A stretch of DNA of 37,919 nt from Octopus bimaculoides (lineage: Eukaryota): assembly GCF_001194135.2 (NCBI RefSeq), contig NC_068986.1:9065363-9103281 (forward strand), in the 5' to 3' direction. The first letter of the stretch is position 1, and the number at the start of each line of letters is the position of its first letter. The translations under genes were made by a program, and so were the position numbers. The notes under the pieces were generated by a model. It saw only the letters and a list, made by a program, of their open reading frames with translations. It had not been told where the DNA came from and made no database searches. Positions 10,901-22,354 of the stretch are shown here, in pieces.

Positions 10901-13027
10901 CTACCAGTTGAAATTTATAGTTGTATATTCCAATTTATAGTTGGAGGTGTTCATACATCTTGAATTCACTGCTTATGGATCAGTTTACACATCTGGTTAG
11001 ACACAAACAGGTCATGACATTTAATAACTGAGCACCCCACCCTCCTCACACCTAGAATCAACTATGTTCAACCAGGTACATCTACATACATATGAACACA
11101 CAAGTCAAGATATTACCTGATGCTACAGGTACACGTATGGAAATGCCCACAAATTTGGACGTGTGTGTGTGTGTGTGTGTGTAACCACCACTTAACAACT
11201 AGTGCCAGTGTATTTACGTACCCATAAATTAACAGCTTCGTAAAAACAGACCAACAGAACAAGTGTCAGAAATGGAAAGAGAAATAAGTCCTGGGTTGGA
11301 GTCATTCGACAAAAAATTCTTCAAAGCAGTAATCCAGCACGGCCGCAGTCCAGTGACTGAAGCAAGCAAAGGATAAAATATCAATCTGGATCTCTCTCTC
11401 GCTCTCACACATGATGCATATGGCTGTTGTGATTGAGCAAATAGAAAGAAAGAGGTGAAAGCAGTTAAGAAATATAAAAATGGGTCAGTTGTTTTGTGTG
11501 ACAGAGGATATACTTGCATAAAAAAAACATGAAGACACTCTTGCTCAGGAGAGGCTGTCTGTAGCAACAGTGTAACTTGTTTTTTTTATATATTTGTTAA
11601 TAATCTTAACTAAAAAAAAAATGTAACAATAAAAAAAAGCAGCACAGACAGACATAAATGATTTGTAGGGAGAACTACATAAAAATAGTTTGGTGCCTTA
11701 CAATTCTGAAATTAACTTTTGATGAAATGTGAAACAATAGGTAATGTGAAAAAAAAAAATTCAAACTTCTCTCCACATAAAAGCAAAACAACATTGATAA
11801 AGTTAGAAACAGCCAGGGTTGCAGAATAAAAAATTTGCAGTCAGAAAAGCAAAATGTTAAGCTTAACAGTTTCATGCAATGCAAGTTATAGTAATGGGAG
11901 GGGAAAAAAAGGACTCAAAAAGTTTAAAATCCAACATTTGATTGATCAGTTAATCCTTTTTCCTTAAACTATACAGTATCTGCCTAAAATAATTTCCTTT
12001 ACAAAAAGACTGGATTATTGAGAATGTTCAAGTGTCTTGAATGAAGAAATTAATGTGGTTTAATTTTCAGCTTACCTAAAAACTCATTTTTTTAACATTC
12101 TTTTTATTATCATAGCTGTTGCTTAAAAGAAACAAATTTATTATTGTTGTTGTAGTTCCAAATACTATAAATTTTGAGGTAGAGATCCTGGTATGGAAAA
12201 TAAAAAATCCTGTTAAAAAATTGTTTCTCTAAACAAAGTATATTTCGAATACAGAGTAGGCAGTTATCTCCCCTACACTTTAAGGCTGTAAAAATGAAAC
12301 TCTTACAGGAAAGCCACCTTCAAACAAAGGAAAATGTTAAGATTTTATAGTTTTATTTAGAAAGAAAAGAAAACCCACAAAGTGTTTCTATGCTCCTAAA
12401 TATAAATAAAGAATGAAGTTATTAGTTATAAGATCCTCGGTGAAATTTTAAATAGAAACTAATTTCAAATAAATTTTTAGATGTAATACAATATTTATTT
12501 TTACAAACGAAAATACATTTCAAAATCTTTTGTTGTTTCTAGAATTTTTTGTCATTTTTGGAAAGATTAATATCTGCAAATATTTGAAATAACAATGCAT
12601 TAACTCATAATCAAATCAGGAAAACAAACAACAAAATATGGAGAAGACTATATAATAATAATAATAAATCTAAATAAAATGCAGTTTTAATATATTAATT
12701 ACAAACATGCAAGTATCAGCTGAAAATAAACAATGTTAATTAAATATTTTAATGAGACACATTATAAATAGCCAGATGAAAGAAAGAAAAAAGCAACAGG
12801 CCTTTCAGTGGCCCTGTTGTGTCTTTCCAGTTTAAAATGTTTCCTATTCATTGTTTTCTACAACTTTAGATGGAATGGTTCATCACAAATTGTAGAGTAT
12901 TTGATGTAATATGAAACATTTCTTGTATTAGGACAGGTGCTAAGACCAAAATTGTGTCAAACAGGTCAGCTTAAGCTCCTTCACAAACAGGAATTCCAAA
13001 AATCCTCCACCCAACCTGCTAATTTTT

Positions 13028-13059
<32 letters not shown>

Positions 13060-13605
13060 GTAATTCTATAACAACGCGTTTATGTAAGCAACACCAAGAT
13101 GAGCAAAACTTAGTTTTAGAATTAAGCAATAGATTATGAAAGACAACACCACAACAAACATTTTAGTCAATTCAACAAAAATATCAACACTTGGAAAACA
13201 AAAGGCATACCAAAACAAGAACCTGATTTTAAAATAACGATCAACAGAAATATCACACAAAAAAAAAAAAAATTAACCAGAGCTATTGAATGTCACATGC
13301 TACTTTTTAATTTTTACCCTAAATTGTTATTTCAATGACACAAAGGAAACACAATTCAACCAAATAAATTTGGTTATACAAAAAAGATATTAAACACAAA
13401 CAACATCAAAAACGATAAAAAGGAACTAGAAAACAAGATCCGATCAGAGGAGCAAACAATTAGCATTTGACCTTAGATTGTCGACTAATGACAACATTGG
13501 TGATTATTACAAATATTCTTTTAGATGTAGCTTGATTCTGATGAACTAAATCTAAATTTTCGTGAAGAATTGTATGGCTGTAGATGGGAAATTAGATCAA
13601 CTGAC

Positions 13606-13926
13606 CTGGTTCTGAGATGTAGACGATGTTGAAAAGCTTAAACAAAGCTACTTGGGCAGCTGCTGCCTTGGCAAGTTTCTTGCTGCGACCAGCCCCCTGC
13701 ACCGTTTGGTCATTAGCCTTTACCGACATGACAAAATTCCTATCATGAGGAGGACCAGATTCTGACATCAGTTCATAAACCAAAGGTTCGGGCAACAATT
13801 CATTTAGATACATAACCGGGTTTTTGGTTGTAAGAGTTGGTTTAAGAGACTGCGTTCCTTTGTTCTCATTGTCAGCATTGTCTTCAACAGTTTCAATTAT
13901 AACATTAGGATCTTCAGTGGAGTTTC
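13606..13926 (-). CDS. Exon encoding an ADAR2/NF90(ILF3)-class double-stranded RNA-binding domain with an acidic linker
   Basis: KNPVMYLNELLPEPLVYELMSESGPPHDRNFVMSVKANDQTVQGAGRSKKLAKAAAAQVALFKLFN has the KNPVM.LNE, GPxH, FVMSV and KKxAK..AA..AL dsRBD hallmarks. Acceptor is ttttatttag|GA and donor is CCAG|GTCAGT; 321 nt, phase 1-1. Domain call is confident, gene identity is not. Confidence 0.9.
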
Positions 13927-14850
13927 CTAAATAAAAACAGTTGAAAACAAAGTAATTAGAGAATAGGACACGAAACATTTCCTACCTCTACATAACTGAT
14001 TACGACAACTACTTATCGCAAGCAACTAACAAATTAAGCAGAACCATTCCAAAAGAACTCTATACCATTTAAACAAATCCTGCTAAATCTACTCAACAGA
14101 TGATCAAAATCTAAGAATCTACTGCAATGTGACAGCAAACATTCACTGAATCAAACTCAGGTGTCCAGTTACTACTATGTAGGTAGCAGTAAATGAAATA
14201 TATACCATAAGGAACAATGTGATATCAACTAATTTTACTACAAAAACTGAATTCAAACAAAAGCAGATATGAAGCACAAATACGAAACAAACAGAAAAGA
14301 AAACTGAGACAAGCATTTCTAATAAAAGAAACAAAATTTCATACTAAAAATATCTGAAAAAGCTCTCAAAACTGGAAAAACATTGTTGCATGATTACTGA
14401 AAATGCCATTTATAACTTGATTGTGGAATTGAGATGTTAATACAGCAACAGTTGATGTGTTCTTAGAAGATCCAAGTTCAATCTAAATATATAACATGGA
14501 AATTATTAACCCTAATACTTACAGAAAAACAATAACATTGTTTTCATGTTCATTATAAAACTAAGAACCTTATTCGACCAAAAAAAAAAAAAAAAAATTA
14601 ATAATAATTATCATAAATATAAAAGAGAACAAATGAAAAACTGAATCCGTTGATGGAATTGGAATATCACATCAAATCATTCTCAGCAGATAATTTAGTT
14701 GTTTTGGATTTTAGTTTAAGCTCCAAATGTTGAAAAAATAAGTTTCGTTTTGAACAGATTTNNNNNNNNNNAGAAATCTAGGTTCCTTTGCGTTTTTTTA
14801 GGTTAACGATAACTTTCAAATCCATATTTTGAACAAAATATTGCAGTGTA

Positions 14851-16162
14851 TAAGGGTGGGCTGAAAAGTTCATAGGCTGACTATGAAGGAGTGACTAAGA
14901 AGTGCTGTGAAATCTTGCATACATTAATTTCAACCCTTCTTATTAATTACTGCATTGTTTCTTTCCAGATAAACTGACATCTGACTGTTCAAAAAAGACT
15001 TCAAATGTAACTGGTAGTGACTTCTCATGAAAATGGACAAAATTTGGCATCATGATGCTATGAAGTACCTGCAGAAAAAGGGTTTGGCCCCCAATAGCAT
15101 TCATGCTGACATGGTTGCTACATTAGAGGATGATGCTCCAGCTTTATCAACAATCCAAAAGTGGGGAGCTGAATTTAGGAGATGAAGGGAGTGTTTTGAA
15201 GATGACCCAATGTCTGGACATCCTGCAACTGCCACCACTGAGGAAAACCTTGATCGTGTTCACCACATGGTGATGGATGACAGGTGATTGACTAGAAACC
15301 AAATAGCCAATGCTATTAGCATATCCCTTGACAGAGTTGAGAATATTCTGCACAATGAACTTTGCATGACAAAGGTTTCTGCTTGGTGGGTGCCACATCT
15401 TCTGACACCTGATCAAAAGTGCACCAGACTGATCACATCACAGGAGAAATCCGACATTGTCTGAGGCAGATCCNNNNNNNNNNNNNNNNNNNNNNNNNNN
15501 NNNNNNNNNNNNNNNNNNNNNNNNNNNNNNNNNNNNNNNNNNNNNNNNNNNNNNNNNNNNNNNNNNNNNNNNNNNNNNNNNNNNNNNNNNNNNNNNNNNN
15601 NNNNNNNNNNNNNNNNNNNNNNNNNNNNNNNNNNNNNNNNNNNNNNNNNNNNNNNNNNNNNNNNNNNNNNNNNNNNNNNNNNNNNNNNNNNNNNNNNNNN
15701 NNNNNNNNNNNNNNNNNNNNNNNNNNNNNNNNNNNNNNNNNNNNNNNNNNNNNNNNNNNNNNNNNNNNNNNNNNNNNNNNNNNNNNNNNNNNNNNNNNNN
15801 NNNNNNNNNNNNNNNNNNNNNNNNNNNNNNNNNNNNNNNNNNNNNNNNNNNNNNNNNNNNNNNNNNNNNNNNNNNNNNNNNNNNNCCTCCCATTCTGCCG
15901 ATTTGGCCTCATTTGACTATCATCTGTTCCCTAACATGAAAAACACTTGGCTGGGAACCAATATCAAAGTGATGATGTTGTCACGTCTGCTTTTGATGAC
16001 TTTTTTGACCAAGCTTCTTCACCAGCAGGGTCCAAGCACTGCAACACTGATGAAAGAAGTGTGAGAACTGCAGGGGGGGGAGGGGGGTAATGTAGAAAAA
16101 TAAAACCTTGTTTGGTCACATTCCATGAGAGTTTAGCCTATGAACTTTTCAGCCAACCCACA
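14851..16162 (+). mobile_element. Full-length decayed mariner transposon
   Basis: 28-bp TIRs (25/28 matching) with flanking TA at 14849-14850 and 16163-16164. Transposase from ATG 15033 has stops, a WVPHLL motif, and a frameshifted YSPDLAPxDY-like motif after the gap. About 1.3 kb including 412 N. Confidence 0.93.
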
Positions 16163-16557
16163 TAAGTCTCAGGATAAAGAAATAAATTTGAATCTGATTC
16201 TATATAGAAATTCCAGTGAGCCAGAGGATGGTCAAGAAAAATACCAGGATGGACACACATGAGTGTACATGTATAAACACACATACACAGGGCACACCAC
16301 ATGTACTAGCTTCAGATTATGTAGCTCAGAACATTAAAAACATCTAAGAATCCCTCAAAAAACAAGGTCAACTGCTGGTAAACAAAGATGCCAAGTTTCA
16401 ATTCTCTACTAAAGCCATTTCCCTTTGCTTTCATCGCTAATTTCTAACTTTCCCTCTTTAATTAGGCCTTATGCCAAGTCAAAAGAAACCACCATTTCAA
16501 GCTAATAAATCATATCCAAGTATAAGAGTCAATAAGATAACTGGACGGAACAGTAGG

Positions 16558-16644
16558 CTACAACAAAAATGTATTAGGAAGAACATGCTCCAAGAATTTG
16601 TCTAAATCTTCAACATAATTCAGCCGATACCTCCATGTGAAAAC
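16558..16644 (-). CDS. Terminal coding exon of the multi-exon gene (VFTWRYRLNYVEDLDKFLEHVLPNTFLL*)
   Basis: Acceptor ttttgtcttcag|G. Open only in phase 0, which matches the upstream microexon. TAG at 16558-16560. Confidence 0.7.
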   Translation of the reverse strand, partial: VFTWRYRLNYVEDLDKFLEHVLPNTFLL

Positions 16645-16885
16645 CTGAAGACAAAATAATTTGTTTGAATTTTGCCACAAAAGATAACATAATTGAATCC
16701 AACACCGACAAGCCAAAATTTTCCAAAATGGAATCACAGTGATACTTCCAACATTACCTGAAGATAATTGGAGGAAAAGAAAGTCAAAAACAATGGGTTT
16801 TTTTATTGGGGTTTTTTTGGTTTTTTTTTTTAAGTAAATCTTTATTTATAAAACTAACTTTGTACTGAATCTGGGGAACTGTCAC

Positions 16886-16902
16886 CTTCAGGATGACATC
16901 AG
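16886..16902 (-). CDS. 17-nt microexon ((A)DVILK)
   Basis: Long pyrimidine tract ending ttttgcag| and donor AAG|GTGACA. Phase 1 to 0 links both neighbouring exons in frame. Confidence 0.65.
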
Positions 16903-16959
16903 CTGCAAAAATGGAGAAAGGAAAAAGAAACAAAATATTTTAAATTGAATTTTTTTTAC

Positions 16960-17086
16960 CTGGAGATCCTACAGATTTGTTCAGTTTCAGAGAACTTGAC
17001 CACTTTCGCAGATATTCCAATACTTCTACTGCCTTAACCTGACCATTAACTATGCTAGAAAACAGCAAGAACACCAATACACAAGC
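16960..17086 (-). CDS. Internal exon (ACVLVFLLFSSIVNGQVKAVEVLEYLRKWSSSLKLNKSVGSP)
   Basis: Acceptor tttttctag| and donor CCAG|GTAAAA. 127 nt, open, phase 0 to 1. Confidence 0.75.
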
Positions 17087-17835
17087 CTAGAAAAATCAGC
17101 ATAAAATCAGCTATGACCATGTGCTTTAGAAGATCATTTCATAATCATGGAGGTTCCAGGTTCAAATCCATTCTCTGGCAAAGTTGTTGTTTTTTTTTTT
17201 GTNNNNNNNNNNNNNNNNNNNNNNNNNNNNNNNNNNNNNNNNNNNNNNNNNNNNNNNNNNNNNNNNNNNNNNNNNNNNNNNNNNNNNNNNNNNNNNNNNN
17301 NNNNNNNNNNNNNNNNNNNNNNNNNNNNNNNNNNNNNNNNNNNNNNNNNNNNNNNNNNNNNNNNNNNNNNNNNNNNNNNNNNNNNNNNNNNNNNNNNNNN
17401 NNNNNNNNNNNNNNNNNNNNNNNNNNNNNNNNNNNNNNNNNNNNNNNNNNNNNNNNNNNNNNNNNNNNNNNNNNNNNNNNNNNNNNNNNNNNNNNNNNNN
17501 NNNNNNNNNNNNNNNNNNNNNNNNNNNNNNNNNNNNNNNNNNNNNNNNNNNNNNNNNNNNNNNNNNNNNNNNNNNNNNNNNNNNNNNNNNNNNNNNNNNN
17601 NNNNNNNNNNNNNNNNNNNNNNNNNNNNNNNNNNNNNNNNNNNNNNNNNNNNNNNNNNNNNNNNNNNNNNNNNNNNNNNNNNNNNNNNNNNNNNNNNNNN
17701 NNNNNNNNNNNNNNNNNNNNNNNNNNNNNNNNNNNNNNNNNNNNNNNNNNNNNNNNNNNNNNNNNNNNNNNNNNTTTTTTTTTTTTTTTTTTTTTTGTAG
17801 ATGAGAAACTACATTATTCAAATTAACCTTTTTAC

Positions 17836-18067
17836 TTAACCCATTAACATTCAGATTATTTCATAATCTAGTCATAATCCTTATTCATTCATACTGTTTC
17901 AAATTAATTATGCATCATCTCATAGCTTTGAGATTTCAATGATGTGATTGTATATTTTTACAATGACATTGAAGGGTAGGTGTGAGAGGCTGGATCTGAC
18001 CAGTTTGAACATAAAATAGATAAAATATTTGGGCCAGATATGGCTAGTTTAAATACTAAAAGGCTAA
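17836..18067 (+). mobile_element. TTAA (piggyBac-type) MITE family A
   Basis: Termini TTAACCCATTAACATTC and AATACTAAAAGGCTAA. Further copies at about 21940-22170 and 35871-36052. Confidence 0.8.
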
Positions 18068-18151
18068 GACAGTAGGGTGTGTGCTGAGGGAGATTTGGCT
18101 ATTATTTCTAGCAAGTCATGTAATTCATCTAAGCTGTGATATTAAGTAAAC

Positions 18152-19997
18152 TTGTGGCCAATGATCCAACTCCTGGACTTTGGTTATTGTGCCAATTATT
18201 TGTGGAAACAATTCTTTACAGTTTAACCCAACACAAATTCTGACATTCCAAGACAAAAGAAAGAAACCAATAAAAGACATTTTGGTTCCAGTTTTATATT
18301 TGGATTGCCTTATCCAAATATAAAGCATGATTATTCTTGTATTGCTCCTGATTTTGACTGAATTCAGAAAACAAAATTAAATTGAACTGAAATAGAAAAA
18401 GTACAAAAATAGAATTGGTACTTTATTTTGTTTTGGGGGGTTTTTTTGTTGGCTTTTTTTGTTGTTGAGAAAATTGGTTTCTTTCATTCTTTGGTGAATG
18501 AGATTTAAAATAAAAGGTTTCTTTAACTTTTTTAATACCAAACCACATGAAAACACCCAATTCTATAAATGCAAGCTTTTGGGTTTAAAGTGATCTAAAG
18601 TAAAAACTTTCTTCCGTCAAAATTTCATGTTAATTTGTTCCAAACACTAGATTAATAATGACAAAGTTATTTCACTAACTTTTTCATTATTTTCAAAATT
18701 AACAAAAATAAAATGAATGTACTTCAGTAAAAATATGGTAACAACAAATGGTTTGAAGATAAAATATTCAAGTACATATTTACATTTCAATATTTGGTTA
18801 TCACCATAAAAATATGCACCACCAGATATAAAATTAATAGTTTTTGTAAGCTTTTAAAACAAATTTACAAATTCCTACAAGGTTTTAATGTAAATCTTCA
18901 TTGAGAAAGAATTAAACACTGTTGCAATACCAGTCCTTAGCAAATCAATCAAAATGGAATTTATTTACAAGAATATTCCCAACTTATTTCATTCTGTTCT
19001 TCTATGATGTGTATCCTTATCTGCGCATTTGATTTTTTATTACCCATGCGGGCTAACAAAAGATGAAAGGCAAAGTGGACCTCAGCGTAATTTGAGAACG
19101 TAACGGTAGATGAAACACCGCTGAGCATTTCGCCCAGCTTGCTAACGTTTCTGCCAGCTTGCTGCCTGTGTGTATCCTTCTGTGCGCATCATAAGGGTGC
19201 ATCATAAGGGTGCGCATCATAAGGGTGCATATCACAGAAGAGCAGGATGAAATAAGTGGAGCAAAAGCACACACGAATATTTCAAACATTATGTAAAAAC
19301 TTAAAAGAGAGAAAATATAATTAAAACCGCTTTGAATATTCAGTAGAACCAGACCATCACTCCCTTTATAAGTTGAGACTATAGAAGCAAGCAGACTTCC
19401 TTAGTTTATATACCAACATAAAAGGGTGGCAAAAATTTTGAATGGTACCCCTAACTACCAGTGCTACTTTTAGTAATCCACTTGTTCTGAAGAAACACAT
19501 CTCTGCTAATACTAATCTAATTTGGAATCATCAATTCAGCTTGTGACTATAAATATTTGCTGAATATGTTAACCTGGACTCCATCACCTGAAGATCTTCC
19601 ATCAAATTGATAAGAAAATTCTTAAAACCTAATTTTGAAAATTACTCTTCTAAAGTCTCTACACTAAGTCACTTAACTCCTCTAAGAATATGGATACAGA
19701 CAATAGGGAAAGACTACATATTAGGACGTATTTAAATCCTTAGTAATTTCCCACCCCTCTTGATTTCAAGCTAAAACCAAACATGTTTGAGTGTTTGGAT
19801 ATCAAGGAATTCAATAACTACTGTGACTACTGAAGAAATTCATTCAATCTCTGAGAATCTTCAGATCTTCAACTCTAAATGTTTTTAAATATTTCACTCA
19901 CAAATTTCCATCAATTTCTGCATGCCATGTTTTATATAATCATTACCTACGTACACTCACCTCCTTGACTGTTTGCTTGACTAAACAAAATGCATTT
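18152..19997 (-). CDS. Three candidate internal exons (19961-19997, 19574-19628, 18152-18239)
   Basis: AG/GT-bounded, stop-free, and phases chain 0-1-2-0 (KCILFSQANSQG / GFKNFLINLMEDLQVMES / RICVGLNCKELFPQIIGTITKVQELDHWPQ). The last donor (GTTTAC) is weak. Confidence 0.4.
18522..18745 (+). mobile_element. TTAA MITE family B, uninterrupted degenerate copy
   Basis: Matches both halves of the interrupted element at 22355-22812. Confidence 0.7.
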
Positions 19998-20688
19998 CTA
20001 TGCAAATAGTTGTGACTGCAGCCATAGCACTAATCCTTCTCTCTGCTTTATTCCTTGTTTTAACATGAAAGACGAAGCTTAGATGAAATTACAAAGAGAA
20101 CTACTAAAAGCCAGCAATTTGTAGCCAGTTGAATTAATTGTGGGTGCTTATTTGATTCACCTCTGAGGAACACAAGACAAATTCCATCTGTCAGGAGGAT
20201 TTGAACATGGAACAAAGAAATGGAGGAGCTAAATACTGTAATCCATCAAGTCTGACACTACCATTACTGCCATTACATCACCACATTCTTCAGACTTAAG
20301 ATGTCCATCATGCCAGGTTTTGGTAAGCCATCACTTAAGTGAATTATGTTGGAACTAATGGCCAGACATCTTTAGTGAAAGAATGCAGATTGAAAAATTA
20401 GGATTTAAAACACATTGCCAGTAACATACTTTAAAGCTGACAAGATTAAGAACAAAGTTGGGATTAGAAGAATCTAAATTCTAATTGTGGAACACAGAAT
20501 ACTTGGAAGTTTACATTTCTCATAATGGAATAATATTAGTCGCTCACTGATACCTTTATCTCAAGTTAGCTTTCTATGAGAAAACTAATTTAAATGGTTT
20601 ATATGCAGATGGCATTTTGAATTATTTCATATCTAAACAAATTTATTTTCCTAAGTCAATAGATGAACAATTTTGTACATTTTCTTAC

Positions 20689-20788
20689 TATATCATTGCA
20701 TATTTTCATCTCTATGTTGGCAAGCAGAGTAAAGTTACGTTGGTTGATGAGGTCAGTATAATACTGAAACCTGTCTACCAATATTTGA
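20689..20788 (-). CDS. Internal exon (QILVDRFQYYTDLINQRNFTLLANIEMKICNDI)
   Basis: Acceptor ttttcattccag| and donor ATA|GTAAGA. 100 nt, open, phase 2 to 0. Confidence 0.8.
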
Positions 20789-21486
20789 CTGGAATGAAAA
20801 TAACATTGCTTTGTTTTTTTTTCCTAACTTCATATTTTTAGCCTTTAACATTCCATGTATTAAATCTGTTCCCATTAATTTGTTTATAAATTTATTTGCT
20901 AAAAACAAAAATCAGTTCTCAAATTTTGTCTATTAAAACTTTACTCATGTTCATTTCCCTCTGATTTTGATGTTTTCAGTCCTAAAATGTCATGTTATAT
21001 TCTAGGAATCATTTTAAACAGTTACAATCTGTAGGGTGAAGAAGCTTCTTTCCCCACATAATTTTGAGTTCAGTCCCACGGCATGGCACCTTGGGCAAGT
21101 ATCTTTTACTATAACCCTAAGCCAACTAAAGCTTTATGAGCAGGTTTGGTAAACAGAAACTAAAAGAAGTCCATGATGATGATGATGATGTATGTATGTA
21201 TGTATGTATGTATGTATGTCTGTGTGAGCCAATCACCTGACACCACATGGTTGTCAATGAGCATCCCATCATGTTATTCATTTGCAGTTTTCCATGAAAC
21301 ATGTCTGGCCATGGAGAAATATCATTTAGAAATGAAGGTTTGCAACGGGATGTGGCAAGAAGCCATAGAAAATGTTCTTCAATGAAGTCCATCTAACCCA
21401 GGCAAGAATGAAAAAATGGACATTAAAACAACGATGATGGATATTGATTAGAGGAGAAACTGAAAATGGTTATGTTCGTTAGTCAC

Positions 21487-21600
21487 CTGTTTCCATTCAT
21501 TTGATGTGGTCTTATTAAAAGTTCTGAGAAATATTTAAACCAAAGAAAAAAACATCTGATTAATCCAAATGTGCTGCTTGAAACTGTCTGGAATAGAATC
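21487..21600 (-). CDS. Internal exon (ILFQTVSSSTFGLIRCFFLWFKYFSELLIRPHQMNGN); acceptor ambiguous
   Basis: Donor ACAG|GTGACT with a phase-2 end matching the next exon. Open for 114 nt with three possible acceptors. A 37-nt exon at 21666-21702 may precede it. Confidence 0.6.
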
Positions 21601-22354
21601 CTGAAAACTGTTATCTTTATCGCACAAAGAAAATGTTAGTAATTTTTTTTTTTTATATAAAATACCTGCAGATGTGTAAAAAATATGGTAGAAATTACAG
21701 TGCTGCATGAAAATAATTTTGATAGTAGCATTGTTTATAAATTAGTTTGGGATAAATCCAGGTATTATTGGAAAGAAATACATTTAAATCAGCAAAAAGT
21801 ATAACAAACCTCCCCCACCTCCCCCTGAAAGTCTCATATCTTTAATTCCATCATTTTCCCCAAGAATTCTAGATCAATGGTTCTAAAGGTAGGCTGTGTC
21901 TCTGACCAAAATACTTGGCTTTTGTTGCTAGATCAACTCCTAACTCTACCATTCAATTTATTTCTGTCAAATCTAATCTTAATTTATTCACATGGTTTGG
22001 AATTAACCATGTATTGTCTTGCAGCTTCAAAATTTCAATGACGTGTTTGCTTATTCTTTAGAATGACATGGGAGGACTAGTGTAAGAAGCCCGATCTGGC
22101 AGGTTTGAAACATAAAACAGGGAGAATATTTGGACCTGATATGGCCAGTTTGAATGCTACACGGATATACTATTGTAGATTGGACAAATATTTCAATAAT
22201 TTATCAGCAAAGGGCACCAAAGATGGGTTTCATTGTATTCCAACCCACCCCACCCACCCCCAGAAAATTCTAGTGATTCTTCTACAGGGTTACCCCTTAA
22301 AAAGCAGAGGGTTAATAGTCATAGGTCTTCTTTTTTTTAAAGAACAAATCCTTT

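Noticed and set aside
12076-12122. Minus-strand exon ending TTTAG|GTAAGC downstream of the dsRBD
   Set aside because: From the main acceptor, all three frames contain a stop.
13592-13978. Calling a complete ADAR2 gene
   Set aside because: No deaminase (HAE/PCGD) or second dsRBD exon was found, and the dsRBD is similarly close to ILF3/STRBP. Only the domain is supported.
14523-14560. Consensus donor GTAAGT upstream of the dsRBD exon as its coding partner
   Set aside because: The in-frame join creates T|GA (stop). It could only be a non-coding exon, which I cannot support.
15419-17826. Long ORFs of 150-237 aa in the track
   Set aside because: Artefacts of N runs.
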